58,009 nt of DNA from a virus (taxonomy: Duplodnaviria; Caudoviricetes), in the IMG/VR virus record IMGVR_UViG_3300028571_000031, positions 1-58,009 of that record. One strand, 5' to 3'. The translations under genes were made by a program, and so were the position numbers. Positions 15,955 to 24,878 of the stretch are shown one piece after another. How positions within the stretch are numbered: the stretch's first letter is position 1; each line of letters begins with the position of its first letter. The notes under the pieces are model-generated. The model was not told the origin of the DNA. It searched no databases and saw only the letters and a program-made list of their open reading frames with translations.

Positions 15955-16128
15955 GTGCAGACAATCGAATGTGCAGTATTCACGGAACTGCTGACAAACG
16001 GCTCGTGGCCTCACCCAGACGAACTCGAACGTGCAGAGGACGCAGCCGCTGTTGTACGCATTGAACGCATGCGTGACTACGTCATTGCTCGCCTTCAGCA
16101 GGCCATCGAATCATCAACACTTGGGTGA
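15955..16128 (+). CDS. small hypothetical protein
   Basis: 57-aa ORF filling the gap between two genes. Confidence 0.45.
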   Translation: MQTIECAVFTELLTNGSWPHPDELERAEDAAAVVRIERMRDYVIARLQQAIESSTLG

Positions 16129-16134
16129 CGAAGT

Positions 16135-16524
16135 ATGACGAAGAAACAACGCCCCACCATCCCCGGTGTCAGAAGTCTCGAAGACGCTGTAGCCGAGCAT
16201 GCTCGGCTAACGGCTGAGGGTCTTCTGTGCACAGAAGAAGAGTTGAGACTGCTCACAGCTTTCCCGCCGTTGGCTCGCTCACTGAACCGCTGGCTCCGCG
16301 TCAGGCGCGGTAAAATTGTGGAAGTCCCACCTGAATGGATTGGAAAGACTGTCCACCCGCAGGCCATACGCAACCGCGACTCAAAGCTGACACCTAAGGA
16401 GCGTAGGTACGAGCCGCGCATGACTGGCGGCAAACAGCACAAGGGTTCACGCAGCTACAGCGCGCGTTCTTCTGTCGTGACAAAACCACTGGTAAGCTGT
16501 ACCTTATTTTTGAGGATGAACTGA
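16135..16524 (+). CDS. hypothetical basic protein
   Basis: ORF in a co-directional gene run. Confidence 0.55.
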   Translation: MTKKQRPTIPGVRSLEDAVAEHARLTAEGLLCTEEELRLLTAFPPLARSLNRWLRVRRGKIVEVPPEWIGKTVHPQAIRNRDSKLTPKERRYEPRMTGGKQHKGSRSYSARSSVVTKPLVSCTLFLRMN

Positions 16525-16527
16525 AGC

Positions 16528-16740
16528 ATGCTGACTGACCTCAACTCTCCACTGCGCGTAGCGATACGCAAGTGCATCTCACGCAAGCCGGGTGCAGGTG
16601 TTACTCTCACCAACGACGAGCTTATCGTGCTCTGGGACTATATCGAAGCTGGTATCAGTGAAGAGATCGTCAAAGCAATCGAAGGTGGCTTCGAGCAATT
16701 TCGGTCTATCGGCGTGGCCACTCGGAAACCACGCTCGTGA
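16528..16740 (+). CDS. hypothetical protein
   Basis: GAGG RBS; abuts the upstream gene. Confidence 0.55.
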   Translation: MLTDLNSPLRVAIRKCISRKPGAGVTLTNDELIVLWDYIEAGISEEIVKAIEGGFEQFRSIGVATRKPRS

Positions 16741-16801
16741 CATGTTCAAATTCGAGTCGAATTTGAACATGTCGTCAGAACATGTTCAAGCCGTGAACAT
16801 A
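16739..16801. repeat. 17-bp perfect inverted repeat plus additional GAACAT half-sites
   Basis: GACATGTTCAAATTCGA-G-TCGAATTTGAACATGTC, followed by GAACATGTTC and TGAACAT. Confidence 0.75.
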
Positions 16802-16818
16802 TCGAAAGGGTCGGCGCG

Positions 16819-17109
16819 ATGAAAGTACTTGAGAAGGGCTCTGGTCAGAAGGGTTGGAGTGTCAAAACTACTTGCACCGGTAACGGGAATGGCGATGGCG
16901 GTTGTGGTGCGAAGCTTCTGGTGGAGCAGCCTGACTTGTTCTTCACCAGTCGAAGTGACCATGGCGGTGGTCACGAAACATACACCACATTTGAATGTGT
17001 CGAATGTGGTGTGCTAACAGACCTGCCGTCAAACGCGAGCCCCCCAAGGGGCATATATGGGCTGCCGTCAAGGGGTCTCTGGCTGGAGAAGAAATGTGGA
17101 ACCGTCTAG
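16819..17109 (+). CDS. small zinc-ribbon protein
   Basis: CTGNGNGDGGCGA...FECVECG. Confidence 0.7.
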   Translation: MKVLEKGSGQKGWSVKTTCTGNGNGDGGCGAKLLVEQPDLFFTSRSDHGGGHETYTTFECVECGVLTDLPSNASPPRGIYGLPSRGLWLEKKCGTV

Positions 17110-17117
17110 CCACTTTG

Positions 17118-17360
17118 GTGAAAGTGGTGTCTATCACGTGGACTGCTTTCTGTCTCGGTATGCTGTTGATGTCCGCAACGGACAACACGCAGCTGACGAG
17201 TACGATTCAGTCCTGTGTTGCGGACACCCTCGCACCTGATCCAATTGAGTTGGCCATACCAAAGCTCCCCAAGTGCTCAGCAATCGAGAAGATAAGCAAG
17301 AAGCATAGGCAGACGTGCATCTCGTCTGCAGCAGAGCTTGCTACACGGCAAGCTCGTTAG
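17118..17360 (+). CDS. possible small secreted or membrane protein
   Basis: Hydrophobic N-terminus; start uncertain. Confidence 0.35.
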   Translation: MKVVSITWTAFCLGMLLMSATDNTQLTSTIQSCVADTLAPDPIELAIPKLPKCSAIEKISKKHRQTCISSAAELATRQAR

Positions 17361-17574
17361 GCCCAATCTTACTTGCCTTCTGGCCTTCCTCCGTCTTCAA
17401 CCACGCCTCAAGGGCAGGCCAGAACGGACTGAGTTGGCCCGGATTGCGCTTCCAGTCCTGACCGTCTTTCCTCAAAACGGAGGGACCGCAGTACGGATGC
17501 CAAGAGAATCGCCAATGCCTGCCATTTGCATCCGTAATGGAGAACTCGTCGACGTAACTGATGTGAATAATCAC
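17341..17574 (-). CDS. hypothetical protein
   Basis: GAGG RBS; Trp-rich phage-like ORF. Confidence 0.55.
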   Translation of the reverse strand: MIIHISYVDEFSITDANGRHWRFSWHPYCGPSVLRKDGQDWKRNPGQLSPFWPALEAWLKTEEGQKASKIGPNELAV

Positions 17575-17648
17575 GAAATGCCTCTTGATTGAACATCATT
17601 GGGGAGGCATGATCCTAGTGCAACATGTAAGTCACTGGAAGGAATAAC

Positions 17649-17867
17649 ATGCCAGACGCCATGGATAACGACACTCCCGCACAATGGTCAGCCCAGTTCC
17701 CCTCTGCGAAGGAGGGGGACTTCCCAGTGATTGTCGCCTTAGCGGAAAAGCTCTTGTCTACTGGAGAACTACCGATGTGGCAGTTCTACCTTCTGCGACA
17801 ACTGATTGCAGGTACTCAATTCCATCTTCGATACTCACCGCCCGAGACCAATGTGGCGGGCAAATAG
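17649..17867 (+). CDS. hypothetical protein
   Basis: AAGGA RBS; followed by a terminator. Confidence 0.6.
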   Translation: MPDAMDNDTPAQWSAQFPSAKEGDFPVIVALAEKLLSTGELPMWQFYLLRQLIAGTQFHLRYSPPETNVAGK

Positions 17868-17870
17868 ATT

Positions 17871-17903
17871 GAAAAAAGTCCACCCCGAAGGGTGGACTTT
17901 TTC
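17871..17903. terminator. bidirectional intrinsic terminator
   Basis: AAAAAAGTCCACCC-CGAA-GGGTGGACTTTTT. Confidence 0.85.
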
Positions 17904-17999
17904 GAGGTTACCAGCAGCCCGTGGACCTAGGGTTGTTAGCCCTTAGCTGGCGGCCCGCTCAGTAATGGTTGCCCACGCCCGAGTCACCTCACCGGCCAT

Positions 18000-18031
18000 A
18001 GAAAGGGAACCAGTGGTTCCCTTTCTTGTTT
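18000..18031. terminator. hairpin or terminator
   Basis: AGAAAGGGAACCA-G-TGGTTCCCTTTCT. Confidence 0.65.
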
Positions 18032-18035
18032 CTGT

Positions 18036-18188
18036 TCAGCGGAATCCCTTTTCCTGATTCTGCTGCTTGCTCTTGTCAGCCTCGGCCTTGTCAGCCTCTT
18101 GCTTCTGCTTCTGCTTCTTGTCCTCTTCTTCAGAGGGGGTGTAGACGTCAGTGGGGTTTACGACGTCACCACGGATGATGGATCCCAT
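18036..18188 (-). CDS. small charged protein
   Basis: 50 aa, MGSIIRGDVVNPTDVY...KGFR; overlaps the end of the nuclease gene. Confidence 0.5.
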   Translation of the reverse strand: MGSIIRGDVVNPTDVYTPSEEEDKKQKQKQEADKAEADKSKQQNQEKGFR

Positions 18189-19303
18189 GTTCTTCTCTCT
18201 TCTTCAAGCACTTCGTCAAGTGCCTTACGTGATTCCTCATGCTTGAGCGCGTCCGCCGCAAACTTGAGCTTACCTTCTGGTCGCAAGCATACCTCTTTGT
18301 ATGCACAGTAGGTACAAGAAGGCATGATAGTCAGATCTGCCTGATTGCGGGCAAAGCCGACTGGAAGAATCGACATCTGTTTGGCTTCCTGAGCCATCAC
18401 GATTCGAGCACGGATTTCCCGGTACCACTCCTTGTCCACGGTCAACGTGAACGCAACCATCTTGGGGCTGTCGCGACTGCAGATGACGTACTCGACTTCC
18501 GTCAACTCAGGCAACTGGGGGAAGCACAGTGGCGCCAGAACCGCGTACGTGAGGGCCTGATGCCAGTACCCATAGAAAGGAGCCTCAGTCTGGAACATCA
18601 ACTGAATCTCCTCGATGGAAGCACTCTTCAGTTTCTCAAGCTTTTCTTGACCGATCGACTTGATCTCCAAGATGGAACCACGAAGGGTCTTACCCTTCAT
18701 GTACAGCAGGATACCATCCGTGTGGCCCTTCAGCCCGATGGCTTTGTCCTCCAAACGAAGCTCCTCGTACTCCAGCTTCGACAAGTCGCAGTGAGGGCAG
18801 GAAGGTGGAAGGAAGCTTGGTTTCTTCTTGACGATCTTTTTGGGATTGGGGTTAGGACAGTCAGGGTTGACGCACTTCCACAACCCCCATAGTCGACCAG
18901 ACCTCGCCAGTGCATTCTGTACAACGTAGTGAATCGACTTACCGATCTCTGTGTAGTAACAACTCTCGACCTTGAAGTCGGAAGGCATTACAAGACCTAG
19001 CTCTTGGAACACGTATCTTCGTGCACAAAACGGGAAAGACGACGGACGCACCTTCGCAGCAGGTCTCCAGTTATTGGAGTCTGAATGGTTGATCGGGTCG
19101 TGGGAAAGTGTATCCTTCCAAAGCTCCTCGAATGCTTCATTCCTCGATACAATAGGGACAGCGCCGATACCCAGCAGTCCACCCTCGGCCATCTCCTGCT
19201 GGGCTCTGGCAGCCAGAGCTAGCATAGCAGTCAGGTCACCAGCCTTCCGGCGTGTGGGGTAGGACTTCTTCGCGGTCTTGACGTTCTTCAGAGTTCGTGC
19301 CAT
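18158..19303 (-). CDS. Cas4-like PD-(D/E)xK exonuclease
   Basis: PSS..FCAR, G..IH, GHTDG, LEIKS, Q...Y and CTYCAYKEVC Fe-S pattern. Confidence 0.8.
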   Translation of the reverse strand: MARTLKNVKTAKKSYPTRRKAGDLTAMLALAARAQQEMAEGGLLGIGAVPIVSRNEAFEELWKDTLSHDPINHSDSNNWRPAAKVRPSSFPFCARRYVFQELGLVMPSDFKVESCYYTEIGKSIHYVVQNALARSGRLWGLWKCVNPDCPNPNPKKIVKKKPSFLPPSCPHCDLSKLEYEELRLEDKAIGLKGHTDGILLYMKGKTLRGSILEIKSIGQEKLEKLKSASIEEIQLMFQTEAPFYGYWHQALTYAVLAPLCFPQLPELTEVEYVICSRDSPKMVAFTLTVDKEWYREIRARIVMAQEAKQMSILPVGFARNQADLTIMPSCTYCAYKEVCLRPEGKLKFAADALKHEESRKALDEVLEEERRTWDPSSVVTS

Positions 19304-19312
19304 TTTGTCCCA

Positions 19313-20320
19313 ATGAGAAGCAGCATAGCTGAATTCCAGATGATGGAGTCTCCGAGAGTACAGGAGAAAGACTCAGCTTGGTTCTACTCAGAACTCAGCA
19401 AAGTGACAACTGATATCATTGAGAGGGGAAATGATTTCAAGATCATCTGCCCTTTTCATGATGATAGTACTCCGTCATGTGACGTAAACAAATATGGTGG
19501 TTACTTCCACTGCTTCTCATGCAATGCAGGTGGACCTTGGAACAAGCTGGCGGCAAAGCTCGGCATGGCAAAGCTGCAGTGGCAGTCAACAACAGGGGAT
19601 GCCGACCTTCAGGGTATGAGGGATTCCCTGAACAGGGCGATCACAAAAGCAGGCATCAAGCCTCCCAAGAAGCACGGCTATAAGGAAGACGGAAGTGACT
19701 CGTCGCAGCGACGTCCGCTCGTGACGAAGTGGCCAGCAAGCACCGACTGGCGTGGGATGGACGGCGCATGGCTTCGAAGTCTAGGTTGTATCTCAGTACA
19801 AGACCTAGCTCGGTCAGTTCACCGTATCGGATTACCCGTCAGACGTGTCACCAATGAGATAATAGGATACACGTGCCGCGCCATCACACCTGTCGATACG
19901 AACCCGAAGTACAGCCCATTATCAGCTGATAATGAGTGGAGAGAGAAGGAGCTTCCCGCCAAGGAAGCTCTGTTTCTTATTGAACGTGTCCTCATTGACG
20001 GCTGGGACAGGATCGTCCTTGTGGAAGGCCCAGTCGATGCACTGAGGCTGTACAACCACGGCATCCCTGCTGTAGCCATCCTTGGCACTGCCAACTGGAC
20101 GGACATCAAGGCAGCTGTGATCGCCAGCCTCGGTCTCAAAGTGGTCGGAGTCCTCATGGATAATGACCGGTCAGGTAGAGATGCGCAGGATAGGATCTTG
20201 GCTACACTGAAGCCTCTCTGCAAGGTACATGGCTTTGGACTACCGAAATCGCTGAAAGATCCGGACCAAATGTCAGATAGTCAGATTCTGTGGATGAGAG
20301 ATAGACTTTTTTCGTTTTGA
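19313..20320 (+). CDS. DNA primase (CHC2 zinc finger plus TOPRIM)
   Basis: CPFHDDSTPS...FHCFSC; LVEGPVDA; MDNDRSG; KDP. Confidence 0.9.
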   Translation: MRSSIAEFQMMESPRVQEKDSAWFYSELSKVTTDIIERGNDFKIICPFHDDSTPSCDVNKYGGYFHCFSCNAGGPWNKLAAKLGMAKLQWQSTTGDADLQGMRDSLNRAITKAGIKPPKKHGYKEDGSDSSQRRPLVTKWPASTDWRGMDGAWLRSLGCISVQDLARSVHRIGLPVRRVTNEIIGYTCRAITPVDTNPKYSPLSADNEWREKELPAKEALFLIERVLIDGWDRIVLVEGPVDALRLYNHGIPAVAILGTANWTDIKAAVIASLGLKVVGVLMDNDRSGRDAQDRILATLKPLCKVHGFGLPKSLKDPDQMSDSQILWMRDRLFSF

Positions 20321-20323
20321 TGC

Positions 20324-20352
20324 TTGACACCCCAACTTGGTAGCCCTATATC
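20324..20352 (+). promoter_or_regulatory. sigma70-type promoter
   Basis: TTGACA-17 bp-TATATC. Confidence 0.45.
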
Positions 20353-20450
20353 CATCCACCATGCCCATCCCACTCATGCCTTTCCACAGACCAGCGCCCA
20401 AGGCTCTGGCTCAGGCAATGAGCGTCATTACACAGAGGACTGATCGAATC

Positions 20451-20966
20451 ATGGCTTCAAAGAAGAAGAGCGCAGCATTTGTTGCAACGAATGTGGAAGA
20501 CGTCACCGACAAACCAGCCCCGGTGGCCGCACTTTGGCATCTACTCTCGAAGATGGACCCTGCTGGAGACCTCTTTGTCTCCGACAAGGGATTGATTGCA
20601 GTCGACGGTGAAGTGGCAACCGCATCACCCAAGCGCACGATCTCGGCCCTCGGCCTTTCGCCTATCGAGGCGGAATGGGTCAAGAGCTACGCCATCTACG
20701 ATTCATCTGCTCCAGATGAGCAGGAAAGTGCCACGGGCTTGCTCTTCACAATGTACCAGATGCTTGAACTTGCTTTCAGCATGGGTGTACAGTCGGAAGC
20801 TGCTCGTGTGACCTCCGCAATCGTTCGCGCAGCCAGTCCGTCGGATGACGACGACGACGCTGATGCCGACGATGAAGACCTCGATGACGAACCCCTTGCC
20901 GACGAGGGGGACGACGAGATGGACAGTGTCGTCGATGACGATGACGACGACGACGACGATGCCTGA
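20451..20966 (+). CDS. hypothetical protein with an acidic tail
   Basis: GAGGA RBS; poly-Asp C-terminus. Confidence 0.7.
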   Translation: MASKKKSAAFVATNVEDVTDKPAPVAALWHLLSKMDPAGDLFVSDKGLIAVDGEVATASPKRTISALGLSPIEAEWVKSYAIYDSSAPDEQESATGLLFTMYQMLELAFSMGVQSEAARVTSAIVRAASPSDDDDDADADDEDLDDEPLADEGDDEMDSVVDDDDDDDDDA

Positions 20967-21031
20967 TACGTCCGGCATCAACAAATGCACAAACTACGGA
21001 CCTAATCGGTCCATTTGAAGGAGAAGACAAC

Positions 21032-21670
21032 ATGTCCCTAGATATGCGCCGCAAGGCGAAGGCCGCAACCACTGGTGCGGCTCCTGAAGCTGAAGCTACT
21101 GCCACCACCGCCACCGAAGTAGTGGCGACGACGGCAGCCCCTGAAGCTGTTGCCGCTGCAGCCCCCAAGGCTGCCAAGAAGAAGAAGACCACGACGAAGA
21201 CCACCGGTTCGCTTCGTACCATCGCCAACGGTCGGCACTACAAGGATGGCCACGTTCCCACCCTTGATGCTGACAACTTCCCCAAGGCCCGTGCCTACTT
21301 TGACCCAGCAGGACGCGCTGCCAAGTCGGTTGACCTCAAGTCTGTCGACAAGGAAAAGACCCTGCCCCTGAAGGACTTGATTCAGCATCTGAATCAAGAA
21401 CTCTTCCGTTCGATCTTTGGCCAGCCTCTCCGTGGAACGGTCGCTCGCGACCTCGTCCTCGGTTTCGCTGACGTCCTGACCGCACTGAGCGAAGCTGACA
21501 TTGCTTACCGGATCCCCAACGGGTTCTCGGCTGAGCCTGTCATCCGCAAGGCTCGTGAAGCCCGCAACCCCAAGAGCAAGGAGACCATGCAGCTTCAGGC
21601 TCGTCGTGCAATCCGCATCACGCCTACGCGTGCTGTCAAGATGTTCATGGCGTCGTCCCCGATCGCGTGA
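21032..21670 (+). CDS. HU/IHF-like DNA-binding protein with an N-terminal extension
   Basis: RKAREARNPKSKETMQLQARRAIRITP arm motif. Confidence 0.8.
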   Translation: MSLDMRRKAKAATTGAAPEAEATATTATEVVATTAAPEAVAAAAPKAAKKKKTTTKTTGSLRTIANGRHYKDGHVPTLDADNFPKARAYFDPAGRAAKSVDLKSVDKEKTLPLKDLIQHLNQELFRSIFGQPLRGTVARDLVLGFADVLTALSEADIAYRIPNGFSAEPVIRKAREARNPKSKETMQLQARRAIRITPTRAVKMFMASSPIA

Positions 21671-21685
21671 GCCTTACCGCTCCCG

Positions 21686-21734
21686 AAAAGAAAGCGGGCA
21701 CTCTCATTCTCTGAGAGAGCCCGCTTTCCTTTTG
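21686..21734 (+). terminator. intrinsic terminator
   Basis: GAAAGCGGGC...GCCCGCTTTC followed by CTTTT. Confidence 0.7.
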
Positions 21735-21744
21735 GAGCACGAAA

Positions 21745-22551
21745 ATGCCATTCGAGAAGATCACCAATGCAGCTGACTTCCGAATGGGGCAACGTGTTGG
21801 TGCCGCTGCTGGAACGAAGGCGGGGGCTCTGAATCCTGCTCAAACTGGAGTGACAGGGGCGTCCGGTGCACGAGACGTCAGCAGAACAGCCCAGAAGGCA
21901 TCTGACAAATTCTCATCAGTGGACGACAAACGTGATGGAACACGTAAGCCCTACGGCGGCGTATACAAGAATGGGGCAACAGAGCGCACAGGATTCCGTC
22001 TGACATCCGACCTGTGGATACAAGAGGGGAAGATGCTGGTCCTGCACGCTGGGCCGTCAGAGGCGGCTTGGACTCTCCCAATGCGTGCCTCCGATGAGGA
22101 GACCCAGAGCGGTCACGCTCGCTACGCTCAAGCCAGAAGGTCTGGAGCAGCTGAAGGAAGCGGCGTCTATGTTGACGTCCCATCCGTTCAGCTAACTTTC
22201 CAGACCGGCAATATCATTCCATTGAACGGCCCGTCGCCACAGAAGAAGCTGATACCGTACGGGTTGGATGACTTCTATGCATTCATGTCGCTGATCAACC
22301 AACCGCCCCTCATGCCATCAGGACCTAAGGAGGGAAGCCACAACTACACGTGGATCTTCTACACGTCACTGATGTACCCCAACATGGTCCTGAAGGGGTA
22401 CTTCTCGCCTGAGGGGGTGTCATGGAGCGACTCAGCGGATAACCCAGCTGGCTTCAGCTGGTCCGCTCAGTTCCAGACACATGAGTCACCCCTCAACGTC
22501 TGGGAGTACGACGCTCTGGTCTCCGCTTACCAGACCTTTGAGTTCTTCTGA
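21745..22551 (+). CDS. hypothetical protein, possibly tail or baseplate structural
   Basis: GGAG RBS; beta-rich C-terminus (LKGYF...FSWSAQF) resembling tube-fold proteins. Confidence 0.5.
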   Translation: MPFEKITNAADFRMGQRVGAAAGTKAGALNPAQTGVTGASGARDVSRTAQKASDKFSSVDDKRDGTRKPYGGVYKNGATERTGFRLTSDLWIQEGKMLVLHAGPSEAAWTLPMRASDEETQSGHARYAQARRSGAAEGSGVYVDVPSVQLTFQTGNIIPLNGPSPQKKLIPYGLDDFYAFMSLINQPPLMPSGPKEGSHNYTWIFYTSLMYPNMVLKGYFSPEGVSWSDSADNPAGFSWSAQFQTHESPLNVWEYDALVSAYQTFEFF

Positions 22552-22701
22552 ATCCAGAAGCGTCTTCTCTTCTACCATGGAACGGAGGCGCCGAATGGCC
22601 CTTCCGTACTGGAAGCCCCAAACGCACGGCTTGCTGCAGAAGATGCTGGAGTTCACCTGTGTGAACTCCTTGCAGCACCAGTCACAGTGGACAACTGCCA
22701 T
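22486..22701 (-). CDS. small zinc-finger protein
   Basis: CDWC...FCSKPC. Confidence 0.5.
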   Translation of the reverse strand: MAVVHCDWCCKEFTQVNSSIFCSKPCVWGFQYGRAIRRLRSMVEEKTLLDSEELKGLVSGDQSVVLPDVEG

Positions 22702-22913
22702 CAGCCGTTGTCCCGACGTTCGGCCCGGTTGTGGATCGCCCGGACTTCCCGACGAACCTTATCGTCGACGATGCTCTTCAGATCCTGAAGAGCATCCTCA
22801 TACGAAGCAGAGTTTCCGATGTCAGCTTCCATCGAGATGTCGACACGGACATTCTCGAAGTTGCCGACGTTCACCGTCATTCCACGGCTGTAGGCTACTT
22901 TCGTGATCTTCAC
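22701..22913 (-). CDS. small hypothetical protein
   Basis: GGGAG RBS; TVNVGNFENVRVDI motif. Confidence 0.7.
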   Translation of the reverse strand: MKITKVAYSRGMTVNVGNFENVRVDISMEADIGNSASYEDALQDLKSIVDDKVRREVRAIHNRAERRDNG

Positions 22914-22949
22914 TATTACTCCCTTACTTTGTGGGCCAGTTACCAGTTC

Positions 22950-24749
22950 TCAGAACGGACAATCGCTATCGCTGTCAGCAGTCCCGTTGTCAACAGCCTT
23001 CTTCAGGCCACGGGGCTTGCGGATGGTCTTGGGCTTCGCAACCACTTCCTCCGCATTGAGGCGGGTGGAGACAACCTCAGCGACCGTGTTGCTGATGTTG
23101 AGGTTCTGGTTGACGGCAGCCGTGTCAGCAATGCCCATGGAAGCAGCCATGGCAGCTGCGGGGACACAGTTGGACACGACACCAGCCGTGATTGCAGCCG
23201 TCTCAGCAGCGGTGTGAGTCATGCCACCCTTGCGGACGACGGGGTTGGTGCTGATGAACGTCAGCGACGACTTGGCGCGCGTCACGGCGACGTACTTGAT
23301 GTTGGTCTCGGTCTGGCGGTCTTCATCGCTGCGGATGGCGAAAGACTTCTCGATATCGATGACAAAGACGTTGTCAGCTTCGAGACCCTTGGCGCGGTGA
23401 ACGCTGGAGAGCAGGACGCAAGGGCCGTCGCCAGAGAACAGGGCCTCGATGGAGTTTTCCACTTCGGAGATCGTCTGGGCAGCGCTCGACACGATGATCG
23501 TGATCAGCGTGTTAGCCTTGTCGAGGACGGCTTCGATCTTCTCTTCCTCATCGGCAGCACGAAGGTTGTCGACCTGCTTCTGCGTCCAACCCTTGATGCG
23601 AGCGATCAGGTCCTTCGCATCCTTCGCCTTCAGCTGGCGAACCAGAGAACGAAGACCCTCGGCGAGGTCACGACCCTGAACACGGACCTTGATCTTGCGA
23701 GAGATCAGCGAGTACGCCATCGTGATGACAGGGAGGTTGCGGCGGCAGACAACCATGTCACCGGGCTTGGGTTCGATGTCGAGGTAGTAACCACCCTCGG
23801 TCACAACCGTGCCCTCAGGAGCACCGGGGCGAGACTCGATGTGAGGAACCCAGCGCTGGGCCTCACGCACAACCGAGGCGGGGCAGCGGTAAGTGACGGA
23901 GAGTGGGAGTTCTTCGCAGTCGAAAGCCGTCTTCAGGCGGTCCATGGCGCGGCTGTCGGCACCACGGAACTGGTACAGGGCCTGCTGGCGGTCACCAACG
24001 ATCATGTACCGGGTGTCGGGGCCACCCATACGGGTGATCATGGCGATCTGGATCTCGCTGAGATCCTGAGCCTCGTCGACCAGAATGCGGTCGAAGCGGC
24101 GGAAGGTCGCGCCCCAAACGATGGGCATGTAAAGCTGGTCATCGAAGTCGATGGTGTTCTTCATCAGAACGGCGCGCGACAGGATCTGGCGAGCGAAGTT
24201 CAGGTGTCGACCGTACTGGACAGGCAACTCGATGCCGTAGCGCGCGGCAAGATCGAGCCAGCTGGAGTCGTCGTCGGTCATCAGACCCTTCACAGGGTGG
24301 ATTGCGGCAACCTCGTTGGGGACGATGCCGTGAACCTTGGCCTTCTGGACCAGAGCAACGACGTCGCTCTGCAGGTCACGGAGGTCAAAGGGGATGACGT
24401 CACGAGCAATGACGCGGATCTTGGCACTGTCGAGGGTGACACGACCGGCGAAACGCATCCAAGTGCGGTGACCGACGCTGTTCAGCGTGGACGCCTCGAC
24501 ACCAGAGGGAACCCGGCGCTGAAGCTCTTCGGCAATGGCCTTGTTGAAGGCGAGGCAGATGGCGCTCTCGCTGCGCTGGAGAAACTTCAGCGCTTCTTCC
24601 ATCGTCTTGGTCTTGCCGCTGCCAGCAACAGCCTGAACGAGCAGGTTGCGCTCACGCTTACGGAAGGCGGTGAAGATGTTGGTCTGGTAGCTGGAGGGGA
24701 TGAAAGCAGCAGAGGTCTGGGCGGTGAACAAGTCATTCTGGTTGGTCAT
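22950..24749 (-). CDS. UvrD/Rep-family superfamily 1 helicase
   Basis: AVAGSGKT, LVDEAQD, VGDRQQALYQFRGA, TYRC, HRAKGLE and YVAVTRAK motifs. Confidence 0.93.
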   Translation of the reverse strand: MTNQNDLFTAQTSAAFIPSSYQTNIFTAFRKRERNLLVQAVAGSGKTKTMEEALKFLQRSESAICLAFNKAIAEELQRRVPSGVEASTLNSVGHRTWMRFAGRVTLDSAKIRVIARDVIPFDLRDLQSDVVALVQKAKVHGIVPNEVAAIHPVKGLMTDDDSSWLDLAARYGIELPVQYGRHLNFARQILSRAVLMKNTIDFDDQLYMPIVWGATFRRFDRILVDEAQDLSEIQIAMITRMGGPDTRYMIVGDRQQALYQFRGADSRAMDRLKTAFDCEELPLSVTYRCPASVVREAQRWVPHIESRPGAPEGTVVTEGGYYLDIEPKPGDMVVCRRNLPVITMAYSLISRKIKVRVQGRDLAEGLRSLVRQLKAKDAKDLIARIKGWTQKQVDNLRAADEEEKIEAVLDKANTLITIIVSSAAQTISEVENSIEALFSGDGPCVLLSSVHRAKGLEADNVFVIDIEKSFAIRSDEDRQTETNIKYVAVTRAKSSLTFISTNPVVRKGGMTHTAAETAAITAGVVSNCVPAAAMAASMGIADTAAVNQNLNISNTVAEVVSTRLNAEEVVAKPKTIRKPRGLKKAVDNGTADSDSDCPF

Positions 24750-24817
24750 CTGGTGCTCCATCTTCCATTCACACGCCAAGGGAGATCATTCAGCCCGTGG
24801 TCGTCTCTACGCCTCCA

Positions 24818-24866
24818 TTCATAACAGGATCACGCGCTGGTGTCAAGCGTCGATTGACACCAGCGC
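24818..24866 (-). promoter_or_regulatory. sigma70 promoter for the helicase, inside a 13-bp inverted repeat
   Basis: TTGACA-17 bp-TATGAA with extended TG; repeat arms GCGCTGGTGTCAA/TTGACACCAGCGC. Confidence 0.6.
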
Positions 24867-24878
24867 ATTCCGGTGGCG

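Noticed and set aside
17904-17999. HDV-like or pistol ribozyme
   Set aside because: Short sequence resemblances exist, but I could not build the required pseudoknot pairings
18158-19303. CRISPR-Cas system suggested by the Cas4-like gene
   Set aside because: No repeat-spacer array or other cas genes in the window; stand-alone Cas4-like nucleases are common in phages
21699-21704. CACTCT copy upstream of the 21745 gene as a late promoter
   Set aside because: It lies inside a terminator stem, so it was not counted as independent support
22731-24824. 697-aa plus-strand ORF
   Set aside because: Antisense shadow of the UvrD-like helicase, explained by codon bias; no recognisable motifs
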